A DNA stretch of 63,672 nucleotides, the filler included, from Octopus bimaculoides (taxonomy: Eukaryota): assembly GCF_001194135.2 (NCBI RefSeq). It is 3 parts of 2 records of this genome, joined end to end, with 100 filler letters (N's around TTAATTAATTAA, not from the genome) between each part and the next. Parts side by side here need not be neighbours in the genome. Positions count along the whole stretch, not along the records: positions 31,326 to 51,760 come from NC_068981.1; 2 more parts are not named here. One strand, given 5' to 3'. Made by a program: the position numbers and the translations under genes. Shown piece by piece: positions 34,110 through 46,617 of this stretch (positions are counted from its first letter, which is position 1; each line of letters starts with the position of its first letter). The notes beneath the pieces are model-generated. The model worked only from the letters and a program-made list of their open reading frames with translations. It was not told the DNA's origin and ran no database searches.

Positions 34110-36151
34110 TTACTAAATTGAAAAGACTACTAATCAAAGTCACCTGACAAAAAATAAACACATTAAAGTTAAAATATTTGTGGTTTTAAAATTATAGTTT
34201 GTGAAAAAAAAAAAATGTCGCTGCAGCAAATTTGAATAAGTGAAATATTTATAACTTTTATATACAAAGAAAATATTTATATAGTTTTTCCAACAAGCAC
34301 CTGTATTAATCCTTGCAAGTATATGCAAATAAAATTACAAGTACATAATAAATACATAGTACATACATACAAATATGATTGTTTTCGTCGTCTAAATGTG
34401 TACATTTGCTGAATGTTAGAAATTTTTATTGAAATATATCGATATGCAAAGATGTAAAAAACGTGTCACATATATTCATTTATGTATATTTTTTGCTGTT
34501 AATAACTACCGCTTCATACATTTATTTTGTCTCGTAAAACGATGTCTTTAACAGACTGCTTCTTTTAGTAAAAAAAAAAAAATATTATACATATGCAAAA
34601 GAAAACAAAATAATCCAAAAATCAACTTTTTTATCCCTAAAGTTTGCAGAGTTTAATAATTTATTAATTTTTAATGTTTTGTGATATATCAAAGTAACTT
34701 ATTACGTATATCTACAGACATTGCTCATTTTTTTTAATGAACGATTTTATTTGAAGATGTTTAGGAGGAATTGATGTCGATGATTGCAGTCTGTTGTATC
34801 AAAACCAACAGAGACTTTACGATATTAGATTTATACTCTATGGCTATATATACAGCGGATCTACTGATAAATGTTTCATGTTTCTACATATGCATTTTAT
34901 CTTATATCCCATGTTATCGGCATTCCTCTAGGTATTTTAACCATATCACTTTTGAATTCCTAAAGCTAATTACTTTTCTACTCATAATGTTTGGTTTTCC
35001 TTTCTACTTAAACAAGGATGTAAATACCTATGATAGGAGTTCATACAATGTCAATAAGTTAGGAACACCAAATCTCACAACAAATTAGTCTCCCCCTAAT
35101 CTCTGGCAAAAGACATGAGGCCATGTGATACACTGTCAACGCCTCACATCAATTAAATTATTGGCATTCTAGAAACTCTTCTGTGGATTAATTTTTACCG
35201 CAGCAGGCTCTCATCAGATAGACCGGATTTTGGACGTTACCCTAGATTTATAGCGTAAACATAAATAGCAAGCTGTTTTATAAAGATACTATTATGCCGT
35301 CAAAAGTTACTTGGTTTCCATGTAAATCATACTCTAGTACTTAATTTTGTGCATCATTGCATATGTTAACGCGTTAAAAGGTTTTACAAATGCATTTTAA
35401 TATTTCGCCAATACGCTAAACTTATATATACTGATTTTAGTTGTAAAATGATATAGAGATATAAGGTCACTACATCAGAGAAAGTATGACGTTATTACTG
35501 TAGTAAGAAGCTTGCATATTTTTCAAAACAAATAATTTCTGATAAATACAAAAGAAAACAAGAAAGTAAACAATACGATATACGAAATTGAACATCAGTA
35601 GCATTTATACTAAAACAAGAATAATCATATATGATAATAATACATTTTAGTAAACTAAGAATTTATTTTAGTCACACATACAATACAAAATATTAACAAG
35701 GTAATGGGTTCGAATATTTAATTCCATAGATCAGGAAAGGATTTCTTTTAATAAAACAGATTAAAGGTTTATAAAATTAGTGAGATAACAAGATGCTCAG
35801 CTTTAAGAAGAAAATATAATCTCCAAATCGAAAAAAAAAAGACGGGGAGAAAAGGAAAACAAAAAAGAATGAAATAACGAAAGGGAAATAGGAAAATAGC
35901 GATAATAACATTATAATGGAATTTTGTTTAGCGTTATAAAATACACCCAAAAACAGTAAAGAGAAAGAAAGACATTTTCCTCTACATATTTAGGAATCTA
36001 GTCAGATAAAATTAAGTTCTGAAATCAATGCTCATGAAGCAGTTCAACAGATGATCAACAATATAGCAATATATATATATTGTGAGAGACATATTATGTG
36101 TGTATGTACATATACACACATAGATATAAATAAAGGAATATATAGAAATAT

Positions 36152-36227
<76 letters not shown>

Positions 36228-36789
36228 TATAATATATCTGTGTATGTATATATATAAATAAATATGCACATATACGTATGTCCATGTACCTAAACACACA
36301 CACACAGCTATATATATATGTATATATGAAGAATGATTGAAAGCAAAAAAAGACAAACATGACAAGAAGATCTAAACAAGGTAATGATAACACATGTAAA
36401 CTTCCCTTTATCGTAGTCAAAATCAAATGTTGCCTTCATCAAAATAGTTAGATATGTGAAAAATATCATATTGTGGAATGGAAAAATCTTCGTATTGTCG
36501 AGATAAAGCAAAAAGGCTTCCTAATAACAGAGTAATTTACTTATCCTATTTTGGGATTATGCAGCTATTGTTTCAACTTATCTTGATAATTATAGAACTC
36601 CGTGTTCAAAACAACGAGTCCTATTGAACTAAGCTGAAACTCATTGTTTTTTTTCATTAAATTTACCTTCCTATTATCTGATTTCTTTATGTATTTTTTT
36701 AACATTATATATATTTCAATAAAAAAATACAGAAACTTAAACAATCTGCTTTATACGACTGTTTGCCTTTAGAGACTATATCTAGAAAG

Positions 36790-36790
36790 A

Positions 36791-36879
<89 letters not shown>

Positions 36880-36885
36880 AGACAG
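36790..36885. repeat. (GA)n microsatellite
   Basis: Direct inspection. Confidence 0.95.
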
Positions 36886-37291
36886 AGAGGGAGAAAAAAA
36901 AAGGGATATGACATTGAAAACTAGAGTAAGTCTTCGAAGAAACGAAGTTACACAAAAACGCAATTACCGCCCCACGATTCCATAACAAAAAAGCCAACTT
37001 GGGCGCCATTATATGGTCGCTAGGGATAGTTGTCAAAGCTATATCAAATTCCCCTTGTCATCTTAGAAAAGAAAGCCTTGTATATTATGGTCATGGGTAC
37101 CCTTGAAAAAGGGAAGTGAAGGAATGTTCACTGGCAGAATATTCTTGAGGGGTTTGTTCAAGACCGATCAAGAGACAAATAGCAGCAAAAATAGCAACCC
37201 TAAGAAATAATGCATGCGGAAACCAATCGACATGCACATGTGCTCAAGAGCAAATACACTTGCGCATGTAGATATGTATATGATTTTATGC

Positions 37292-37328
<37 letters not shown>

Positions 37329-37664
37329 TCAATGAAATTCCAGCACAGTCTGAATTTCCCGTGTTATCATTTACAACATTTACAAATTTACAACATTATA
37401 ATAATCGAATATTATATATTTATGGATTTATTCATGCTTTAGTGACAATAGTATAGTTGTCAGTTGTAGAACAAGACTATATACAAACACTACTATTATA
37501 TAAACCTGATGCTTGCGTAACGCATAGACACCCTAAATACTTCAACGTGAAAATCAGTGTATGTTGGAATTTCATTGATTAATATATTCCTCTATACAAA
37601 ATCATACAAACTCACATATACATACATACATACATACATATACATACACACACACACACACACA

Positions 37665-37710
<46 letters not shown>

Positions 37711-37834
37711 CATATACACATACAAACATATGTGTGTGTGTGTATGTATATTTTTCCTTATACTTTTACGTGTCAGCCCAAATGTTGTCGCAATGCTGGG
37801 GAATTACAATTATCACCAATGTACAGTCTTAAGT

Positions 37835-38200
37835 AGTTGGCGTTTGATTCAAAACGGATTGTAAGATTGCTGCTCCCTTTTAAGCTTCTTGCAATGATGT
37901 AGGCTTTTCCGGGATCTTGGGCTATAGAAAGAGGAGGTGCTTCTTGAAAATATCTATCTCAACACCACGTAGATCTTTCAGGTGTTTTGTCAAGATGATA
38001 AAATGCTTGAGGGTGGTTGAATCTCAAACAACTGCAGTACCTTTACCTCATTCCGAAGGGGATGGGTTGGAACTTTGGAATAGTGTAGTGGCTTCCTGTT
38101 CTGGTGTTGATATAACTCTGAATGGCAAAGCGTGGTGCTAGCCCTTCGAGGTTAAAGAAATCACAATTTGTTGTCTACTTGATTCGAAATCAGAACCTAG
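37835..38200 (-). mobile_element. CR1-clade LINE 3' end remnant
   Basis: Minus-strand TKHLKDLRGVEIDIFKKHL..PKIPEKPTSLQEA*KGAA..QSVLNQ resembles invertebrate CR1 ends (LPK.LR.L.GV.VD.FK..LD.FL..IPDEP...RAA.SNSL..Q). Confidence 0.65.
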
Positions 38201-38598
38201 TCTTGATAGTGCAGCAGTTTTAAACGATCCGCCAATTTCAAGTTAACTTCAACGAATAACAGTTACCTTATTTTCGGATCGCTCTATGCTTTGTGAGTGA
38301 AATTGTTGACAATTGTATGGGATGAGCTGTAAAATGGACTAGCTTCAACACACCTAATGTGATAATTTTCTGGAAGAATTGTTTTAGAAGTACAACACTT
38401 GAAGACAGACTATATAGTAAAGAAAAGTCAGTTCGTTGTAAAACTAGAAATGTAACAGTAGATACCCTAGAGGATATTTGATAGTGATGAAATACTTACG
38501 CTGTACATAAGCTTACACTTTCCATCAAATCTATTTTGCAGGTGCACTTAGGATCGTACGTCAGGTGTCGAAATTATTGCAGAACATCGTGAAGTGGA

Positions 38599-38632
<34 letters not shown>

Positions 38633-38689
38633 GTTTTGCAAGATTCTTGATGTGAATTTGTATGTTGAAACATATATTGTTGTATTTGG

Positions 38690-38915
38690 GGATGGTCATG
38701 TTGTCAGTTTAGCCAATAAGAACACACGCACTATATATTTGGTGTTCACTTGCTTCAGCTTTATTTTATATCAATCCTATCTCGGCCAGAGTTCTTTCGT
38801 CACACTTCTGTGACCTCATCAGTGGTCCTTTGCTTTCTCCTTTCTTTTTTGTGTGTCTTTCCTTACTAATGATCATATTGTATTCTTATTGTATGTGTCT
38901 TTATTTGCGCAAAAG
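38690..38915 (-). mobile_element. Short hammerhead-bearing repeat, probably a Penelope-type terminal repeat (boundaries approximate)
   Basis: Purine-rich run leading into the hammerhead at 38784-38828; boundaries are estimated from composition only. Confidence 0.45.
38784..38828 (-). ncRNA. Minimal type I hammerhead ribozyme motif with canonical core
   Basis: GGACCA-CUGAUGA-G-GUCACA(GAAG)UGUGAC-GAAA-G(AA)C-UC-UGGCC: intact CUGAUGA and GAAA, perfect 6-bp stem II, CCA/UGG stem I, CUC triplet. Confidence 0.75.
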
Positions 38916-39279
38916 TAAACCCCTATGTGTGTCTATGTTTAGTAGGTGTGTGTGTGTGTGGGGGGGATGTGCCTGTATTATCAGTATCCCCGGTTTATAC
39001 ACGTTCGTTTAATTTCTTTTTATTTCTTTTGTTCATGTGTTTATAGCTACTTATTTTTCCATTCTTTCTTGTTTTGGTATTTAATTTAATTTAATCAATT
39101 TTGTTAATGTATATGTGTATAATATTATATTCTTATTGTACAAACACATGCACAAACACAAGTATATGTATATACGTGTGTTTGTGTATGTGTGTGTGTA
39201 TAAATATATATGTACATATAATGTACGCATTGTGTATAGTGAAAAATATAAGCATCCATTGATTGAAAGCTCATAAAAT

Positions 39280-39515
39280 GCATGGAAATTTCAAGGTATA
39301 GGTGACTTCGAAATTTCACATGCGGCCTGTTACATACTCTATATATAAATGAAAATATGTATAAAGAAACGACGTAACGTATACTAAATGTAAAACGAAC
39401 GGGAGACAAAGAGAAGGTCTGTAATTCTTCATCAGTTATCGACGAATTGGTAATATTCAGCTTCGCACCTTTAACGAAAAGTCTGAGTGCTTCTCAATTG
39501 CTGGTCCCCGCCCCC
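39280..39515 (-). repeat. Unclassified dispersed repeat, homologous to 57690-57930
   Basis: Shared blocks CTT(T/A)TCGTTAAAG and CGATAACTGATGA(A/G)GAATTA in opposite orientations. Confidence 0.5.
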
Positions 39516-39971
39516 CCNNNNNNNNNNNNNNNNNNNNNNNNNNNNNNNNNNNNNNNNNNNNNAAAAAAAAAAGGTTTATTGCGGAGAATTAGGGAGAAGA
39601 GCAAACAAAACAAAACAAAAGAAGCAAAATGACACAGAGTGTGATTGAGGACGGTAGATGAGGACGAACACTCGAACAAAATATGGCTTTGGGACCAAGG
39701 AGACGAGAATAGTGGGTAACGCTTAGAAAATGTTTGATGTATAAAGAACGGAGTGACAGAGAATTTGCAACTGCTTAACCACTGGATCACGTGACAGTAG
39801 AAGGTAGAGGAGAAAAACAGCAGGGAGAAGGAGTGACAGAGAAAAACGGGGAAGGAGAAAGGCAAGGAAGAAAGAGAAAGGGAGTAAGTAGAAATGCTAG
39901 AATAGAAGTGAGAGGGTGAGAGACAGAAAAGGGGAAAGAATGAAGGCAAGAGAGATACATACATATATATT

Positions 39972-40283
39972 ACAGGGTTAAATACCCCCTTCGGTCAAGA
40001 ATAACCATGGGATTGCCCCTAGACAGTTCCCCTCAGAGGCACAAGTCCGGGCAAAATTGTTTATGGGACGCCAGCTGTCGCACGTGCGTACCACCCTCCC
40101 CTCTCCACGACAATGAATGAGCAAAGACCGATACAGCTTGGCACCAGTGAATGAGTGAACTGGATCAACGTTAAAGTAAAAGTCCCTTGCTCAAGAACAC
40201 AACACTCAACACGGTGCGTGAATCGAACTCACAACCTCACGATCTTAAGCTCGACGCTCTAACCACTGAGCCATGCGCGTTCA
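39972..40283 (-). mobile_element. tRNA-derived SINE, family E (CpG-retaining copy)
   Basis: Head GCGCATGGCTCAGTGGTTAGAGCGTCGAGCTTAAGATCGTGAGGTTGTGAGTTCGATTCAC; body homologous to 3746-4102. Confidence 0.85.
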
Positions 40284-40289
40284 CGCGCA

Positions 40290-40491
40290 TAACCTCGTAT
40301 ATATCGTGGGCGATTTTTTCTTCCTCCGTTTTCCTTTCTTTGGACTTTCCTATATTTTTGACGAAGATCTCCGCTCGAAACGTCAAATTCTCTTTCTTTC
40401 CTTTCCCGAGCGTCCAGTAACACAATATCTGTATCACGTCCTTGCGTTGTTGTTTTTGTTGTTGTTTTTTTGTCGTTTTTCTCTTTTGAAC

Positions 40492-40497
<6 letters not shown>
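40290..40497 (+). mobile_element. About 210-bp hammerhead-bearing element, homolog of 49765-49982
   Basis: Colinear alignment across CCTATATTT(T/C)TGACGAAGA..CCGCTCGAA..CCYGAGCGTCCARTAACAC..CACGTCCTYGCGTTGTTG. Confidence 0.75.
40354..40388 (+). ncRNA. Degenerate minimal type I hammerhead motif
   Basis: AUUU-UUGACGA-A-GAUC(UCC)GCUC-GAAA-CG-UC-AAAU; C3-to-U change and one stem II mismatch, probably inactive. Confidence 0.55.
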
Positions 40498-40528
<31 letters not shown>

Positions 40529-40543
40529 NNNNNNNNNNNNNNN

Positions 40544-40575
<32 letters not shown>

Positions 40576-41110
40576 TGTGTGTGTAACACATACTATAATA
40601 GTTATGCCTGTCGAAATAGGCACTTCCGTATATTGTCTGCACACACATTCTAAAGCACAGGTACGTGTGTGTGTGTGTGATTGTGTGTGTGTATCCGCCC
40701 GCTTGCAGGCATGCGTGAATGTATGCTTTTTTTAAAATATATAAGTATGCAGATTAGTGATGAATATATATACGTGTGTATGTTAGTGACGAACTGAATG
40801 TGTGTGTGGCATACTATAAAGAATTTTGAAATATGCACAAGCTATTCCCAATGACATTCACCTCATACGTTTCGTGCATGTATATATATGCCTCACACAT
40901 TATCTCCATAAATAATTATTAAATATTTTTATTGTTGTTCTAAAGTTTATATTTAGCCCTGATCTAACTGATATATCGCTAGAGGCAATTTACTATAGCC
41001 AACAAAATCTCATTTTATATTTAGTCTAAGTGTAGGTAGGACTACACTATCCAATATGGCTAGCGTTTTTTTTATATATAGAGTTTAGGCTGTCATTTAT
41101 TTTTTTTTAT

Positions 41111-41416
41111 TTTATGCGTCCTTTTCAAGCCTAGACAGGCTCATGGGGCCGGTTTCCCGGTTTCTATGGCGTATGTGTTCCTCCCAGCTGGACAGGACGC
41201 CAGTCCATCGCAGCGTTACTCAAGAAACAGGAAGAAACAGTGAGAGAAAGTTGGGGCGAAAGAGTACAACAGGTGTCGCCGCCATCCCTGTCGGAGCCTC
41301 GTGGAGCTTTAGGTGTTTTCGCGCAATAAACACTGACAACGCCCGGTCTGGGAATCGAAACCGCGATCCTCCGACCGCGAGTCCACTGCCCTAAGCACTG
41401 AGCCATTGCATCTCCA
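41111..41416 (-). mobile_element. tRNA-derived SINE, family H
   Basis: Head GGAGATGCAATGGCTCAGTG..GGTTTCGATTCCCAGACCGGG; 3' part CTGCGATGGACTGGCGTCCTGTCCAG..AGAAACCGGGAAACCGGCCCCATGAGCC. Confidence 0.8.
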
Positions 41417-41431
41417 GGCTGTCATTTAGTA

Positions 41432-42127
41432 TTCTTTATTCTTTTATTCTTTTAATTGTTTCAGTCATTTGACTGCGGCCNNNNNNNNNNNNNNNNNNNN
41501 NNNNNNNNNNNNNNNNNNNNNNNNNNNNNNNNNNNNNNNNNNNNNNNNNNNNNNNNNNNNNNNNNNNNNNNNNNNNNNNNNNNNNNNNNNNNNNNNNNNN
41601 NNNNNNNNNNNNNNNNNNNNNNNNNNNNNNNNNNNNNNNNNNNNNNNNNNNNNNNNNNNNNNNNNNNNNNNNNNNNNNNNNNNNNNNNNNNNNNNNNNNN
41701 NNNNNNNNNNNNNNNNNNNNNNNNNNNNNNNNNNNNNNNNNNNNNNNNNNNNNNNNNNNNNNNNNNNNNNNNNNNNNNNNNNNNNNNNNNNNNNNNNNNN
41801 NNNNNNNNNNNNNNNNNNNNNNNNNNNNNNNNNNNNNNNNNNNNNNNNNNNNNNNNNNNNNNNNNNNNNNNNNNNNNNNNNNNNNNNNNNNNNNNNNNNN
41901 NNNNNNNNNNNNNNNNNNNNNNNNNNNNNTATATATATACATGTATATATATATATATATATACGACGGGCTTCTTTCAGTTTCCGTCTACCAAATCCAC
42001 TCACAAGACTTTGGTCGGCCCGAGGCTATAGTAGAAGACACTTTCCCAAGGTGCCTCGTAGTGGGACTGAACCCGGAACCATGTAGTTCATAAGCAAGCT
42101 ACTTACCACACAGCCCCTCCTGCGCCT
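41432..42127 (-). mobile_element. SINE family A (young), middle hidden by an N gap
   Basis: Tail at 41432-41480 and head at 41960-42127 in a consistent orientation. Confidence 0.85.
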
Positions 42128-42649
42128 CGTGTTACTTTAATTTGTAAACTTTGCTTGTAGAACGTTCCAATAGGGATACATTTATTTGTTTTTATATTCA
42201 TGCGTGAAAAAGAATAAATTGAGCAGTTCTGCGGATGTTACAATATTGCTGGGTGGATCTGTGGATTTGTGTACTACAAGAGTGTTAGGTTGTGGATCTG
42301 TGTTATGAGGGCGTTGACTTGTGGATCTGTGTATATTGCAAGCGAGCTCGGTAGATAAGTTACTGCTACAATAATGTCAAATGGATCAATGTTCGTAGCA
42401 ATAGTGACCTACGTACGTACATACATAAATACATATATTAACACACGTATGTCAAATCATCTTCAAATTACATCCCTACCGTCTCAGAAAAGAGACTCCT
42501 TAGATAATGTTGATCTGCATCCCTTGCATATTGACAAAAGATTGATTCCCGATGCTTATCAAATACCAACATTGCTAAGGTAGAATGTAATTCATTTAAC
42601 TGATCGCAGTGCTGGACTACTTGAAAACAACGCAAATAATGGTTTCAAC

Positions 42650-42816
42650 TTTTGGCACAAGGCCATCAGATTTTCACGGGGTAAAATGTCGATTAGATCG
42701 ACTTCAGTACTCGAAAGGATGAAAAGAAAGTCGACATCCGTGGAACTCAGAACGCAAATACGGACGAAATGCTTCTAAACATTTAGTCCGCCGTCCAAAC
42801 ATCTCTGCCAGCTCAC
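42650..42816 (-). mobile_element. SINE family C
   Basis: Reverse complement GTGAGCTGGCAGAG..GCATTTCGTCC..TTCTGAGTTCC..GTCGACTTT..TCATCCTTTCGAG..GGCCTTGTGCC. Confidence 0.7.
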
Positions 42817-45079
42817 AGCATTTAAACACCATTTAAAATAATGAAATGCATGTTGAACTCAGTACAATTTGAATTAAGACAATGTAAAATATAAGTTCTA
42901 CAATATAGTGTATTTACTGTGGAATGCTAACATATTCTTACATTAACTCTCATTCTCATTGCCATTAACCAAATCTTACTGTACGACCATTCATACTAGT
43001 TTATTTTAAACTTGCTTTTCCATAGTTCAGAAACAATCCAAAGTACTCATAAATTACAACATTACTGCTGGAACTAAAAACTAAATGCCGGTTTTGTGAA
43101 AATAGTCAGTTTTCCATAATATTCTAACAATCTACTTGATTAAGATCCTGAGGATTAAATGTAAGTGTACGGTTATCTTTCACTATATGAATATTCGAAA
43201 TGATGAAATTGGATGGAAGGTTCGAGGAATATAATTTGAAGACCGATGGAGAATGACACGTCGGAATTGGAAAAGTGATAAAATATCAAAAAGGAAGCGG
43301 AATGGCGTGAGCTGTGATGGAATTAATAAAAGCGATGGTGCATTATAGAAATGCGGAGCCGATGGATGGACACATAGAAGATAAACATCGAATGTCGAAG
43401 TCATAGGAAAATTGTGGTCATATTGAATGAGAAGCATACGCCTCACATACATACATACACACACACTCACGCATACACACATATGTATGTATACATATAT
43501 ACATTTCATACATACGTGCATATATATATATGTATGTATGTGTGTATGTATGCATATGTATGGGCATGTACGTGTTCATATGTGTGCCTCTGTGCCTCTG
43601 TGTGTAGAGAAAGCTGAGCGAGAGATAGATGTAGAAGAGAATATAAAAGAGATATAATCATAGTTCTGTATGCATATAGAAAGAGAGAAAGGATGAGAGA
43701 GGAGGAATTTGAAAACAAAAAATGTATTAGAATGGATGCAGACATACATCATGGTCAGAAAAGATATATAGATATAGAGAGAAAACGGGATACGAGAATG
43801 AGTAAGAACAAGATTAAAGAGATGTGAAGTAGAGATTGATAAAGAGGAAGTAAAAAGAGAAAGAGAGAGGAAAATGTAAAAGAAAATTAGTAAAAGAGGG
43901 AGAAGAAACAAAGAGAAAAATAGAAAGTGAAGGGAAAAGGAAAGAAAGAGACAAATGAAATATGTATAGAAATATATATACGTAACCAATGCATGTGTTG
44001 AGAATGAAGTGTGTGGAGAGAGAAGACATATTAAAGGGAACCATATATAATGACTGATTGTGAGAGGGATAGAAAGGGAGACTAGAAGATGCTAGAGAAG
44101 AAGGAGATAGCAAATGTTAGAATAAAAGAATAAATAAGATAGAATTGGGTGGAAATGGGGGAAAGAAATATGAGATAGAACGTTGAGAAAGAATAAGTGA
44201 CAAAGAGGTGGAAGTAATTTAAAGAATGTGAAAATAAACAAACAAGATGTCAAAAAAAAAATATTGTGGAAGATGTGGGAGGTAGTGAAAATGCAACTGC
44301 GTAGGGGGAGATATAAAAATGTATTAAATGAAATAAAGAAAAAAAATAATGGAAAATTATAAAAGAAGCACAGAGAGATTGTAATGAGAGATATACAGTG
44401 TCGAAAATATAACAACTTTAACAACTATGAGACGGCAGAAACAACAGCAGCAGCAGCAATGTTAACAATAGCAGCAATGTTAACAATAGCAACAGCAAAA
44501 AAATAGTAAAGTAAATGACGATTATGATAATTTTGTCTATTAGCCACAAGGGCCCTTGCTTAAGAGACGGCGCGAGAATGAAATACTGAAACAGTGATAG
44601 CTTCCATCGACTAAAAATGGAGGCAAAACCAGTAGATACAATATAAAACATTGCAATGTCAACAAAATATCCCTAAGACGAGGAAACATCGTCTTGATTA
44701 ATTCGGGGAAAATCCCACTGAATTTCTCGGATCATACTGATGCATCCTGTTTGCAATCGTAGAATCAGAATAGGTTAACCCCGTTAGCCAAGTACTCTGA
44801 ACCATGTTTTGCAAAGCACACAGGAAACGCCACTCTCTCACTACTCACCCTCGTTTCTTTTCATCTCTCATCTTTCTCCTTTTATCTTTTCAACCAATTC
44901 ATCGTGGTATCTGAAACTGATAATATGAACTGGGATAGAGATGGAAACTAATCTGACTCAAAATCTAACTGGGTCTACCACTAAGTTTGGTTTGCATTGC
45001 CACCTGGCAGAAGAAAACCAGCCAGCCTTGATTGCTAAAAAGAAAATGATGAGCTGAGCCACTCCTCCACGTGATGGTA

Positions 45080-46040
45080 GTAGTTCGGCACAAGTCACCA
45101 ATGAACGGACACTTTGCAAGAACTACTTCGTTGCTTTGTAATTATCTCCAACAGGTTCAGCTGCTATCAATTTCATGCTTCTGAGCTTGTCTCGAAAACG
45201 TGGAAGTCTTTTGAATAACTGCAAGTATAAGGATGTTCGGAAATTGGCCATAATTCACGACATCTTGGTCAGATTATTTTGACTGTCATTGCAAGCTTTG
45301 AGAAACATTTCCAAGTTGTCTTCAATAATGTCCTCTTCTAAATAATTCTCCACAGAGTAGGAAACTGATTTTTCACTGACTGTATTGTCCAGGTTCTCGA
45401 GCGCAGAGAGCGATTGTAATATTGCACTGTGCAGCTTAAAAGAACATTTCGTTCAGCAATAGAAGCTGCCTCTGGATGGTATACTTTTCCTGTTTCGGTA
45501 ACGAATTTGCAAACCCACAGACATGTTAAGAGTGATACATAACCTGATACTTCTCTAACATGGCTCTGACCAAACGGTTCTTGCCTAAATGTTCGTCATT
45601 ATTTCGGTAACATTTTGCTACGTGATTTTTATGAGTCTCAGTTCAAGCAGTATGCTCTCAAACTCTCTAACCCCTGCATCAATGAACACTTGTCAAAACA
45701 TGCAACAGAGTGGGAAAGGCGCATCATTAACGGTCAGAAGATTGATGCGTACGTTTAGTGACAAAATCCAAAAGTGAATGACATGATCTTGCCTTTTCTG
45801 GAACCAATTTGCAAGGCACTGATTTGTGCAGACTAATGCATACATCCGTAACCTGGGATTCTTCTAGTATAATATCGTTACACTTTCCTACATAGTATGG
45901 TTGAACCCCGCACAGAAATGATTGGAATGATATGGCACTCACCAATTGCAGTCCACAAGAGACTGCGACAAAACTCCGAAGTTGAGTCTTTGCAAACCGG
46001 GCTCATCGGATTGCTTTTATACTGTTGTGCTTTCAGGTAA
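45080..46040 (+). pseudogene. Possible highly decayed DDE transposase (hAT-like)
   Basis: One plus-strand frame of about 320 codons with scattered stops includes GHNSRHLGQIILTVI..F, EWERRI and FLEPICKAL, loosely recalling hAT motifs. Weak. Confidence 0.25.
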
Positions 46041-46524
46041 ATAACCTAGCACGAAAAGTGCCCTCATCGATGATGACCTTGGATATTCGATGTAAGACGC
46101 ATTTGGGAAGATACTCAGGTATATGGCTCTGGTAACATCGAAGGATATGGAGATAGATATAGTGATCATTACAGAAGATTCCTGCTAGTTTTTGTTTGAT
46201 TTCAGGCAGTACTTGTGAAAATTGTAGGAGTGAGAGCAGGTGTTGCAGTAACAGTAGTTCTGTTGGTAAGGATAAAATTAAGGGATGAGTTGATGTTGAT
46301 TATAGAGATAGTTATGGTGCTGTAAATAGGACTACGGTTAACGCTTTTAAAGGTCGCGGTAGCAGTGATATTTAAAATGGTGGTGATACATTAATCGTTT
46401 GTATTAAAGATGGATTATTGTAGTAATTACGAAGATGGGCATGGCGTCAATTGACGTTGTTGTCAATGTACTTACTTGGCTCTTAAGTCAATAGAATTCC
46501 CTCTATGACTATTTCATACATTTG

Positions 46525-46617
46525 TCTCTCTTTTACTCTCTTTTACTTGTTTCAGTCATTTGACTGCGGCCATGCTGGAGCACCGCCTTTAGTCGAGCAA
46601 GTCGACCCCGGGACTTA
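46525..46617 (-). mobile_element. SINE family A, young 3' fragment
   Basis: CTCTTTTACTTGTTTCAGTCATTTGACTGCGGCCATGCTGGAGCACCGCCTTTAGTCGAGCAAGTCGACCCCGGGACTTA. Confidence 0.9.

Noticed and set aside
35190-35225. Minus-strand CTGATGAGAGCC
   Set aside because: No closing stem II strand followed by GAAA.
44674-44698. 7-bp hairpin AAGACGA-GGAAACA-TCGTCTT
   Set aside because: Isolated, with no associated gene or ribozyme core; expected by chance in 60 kb.
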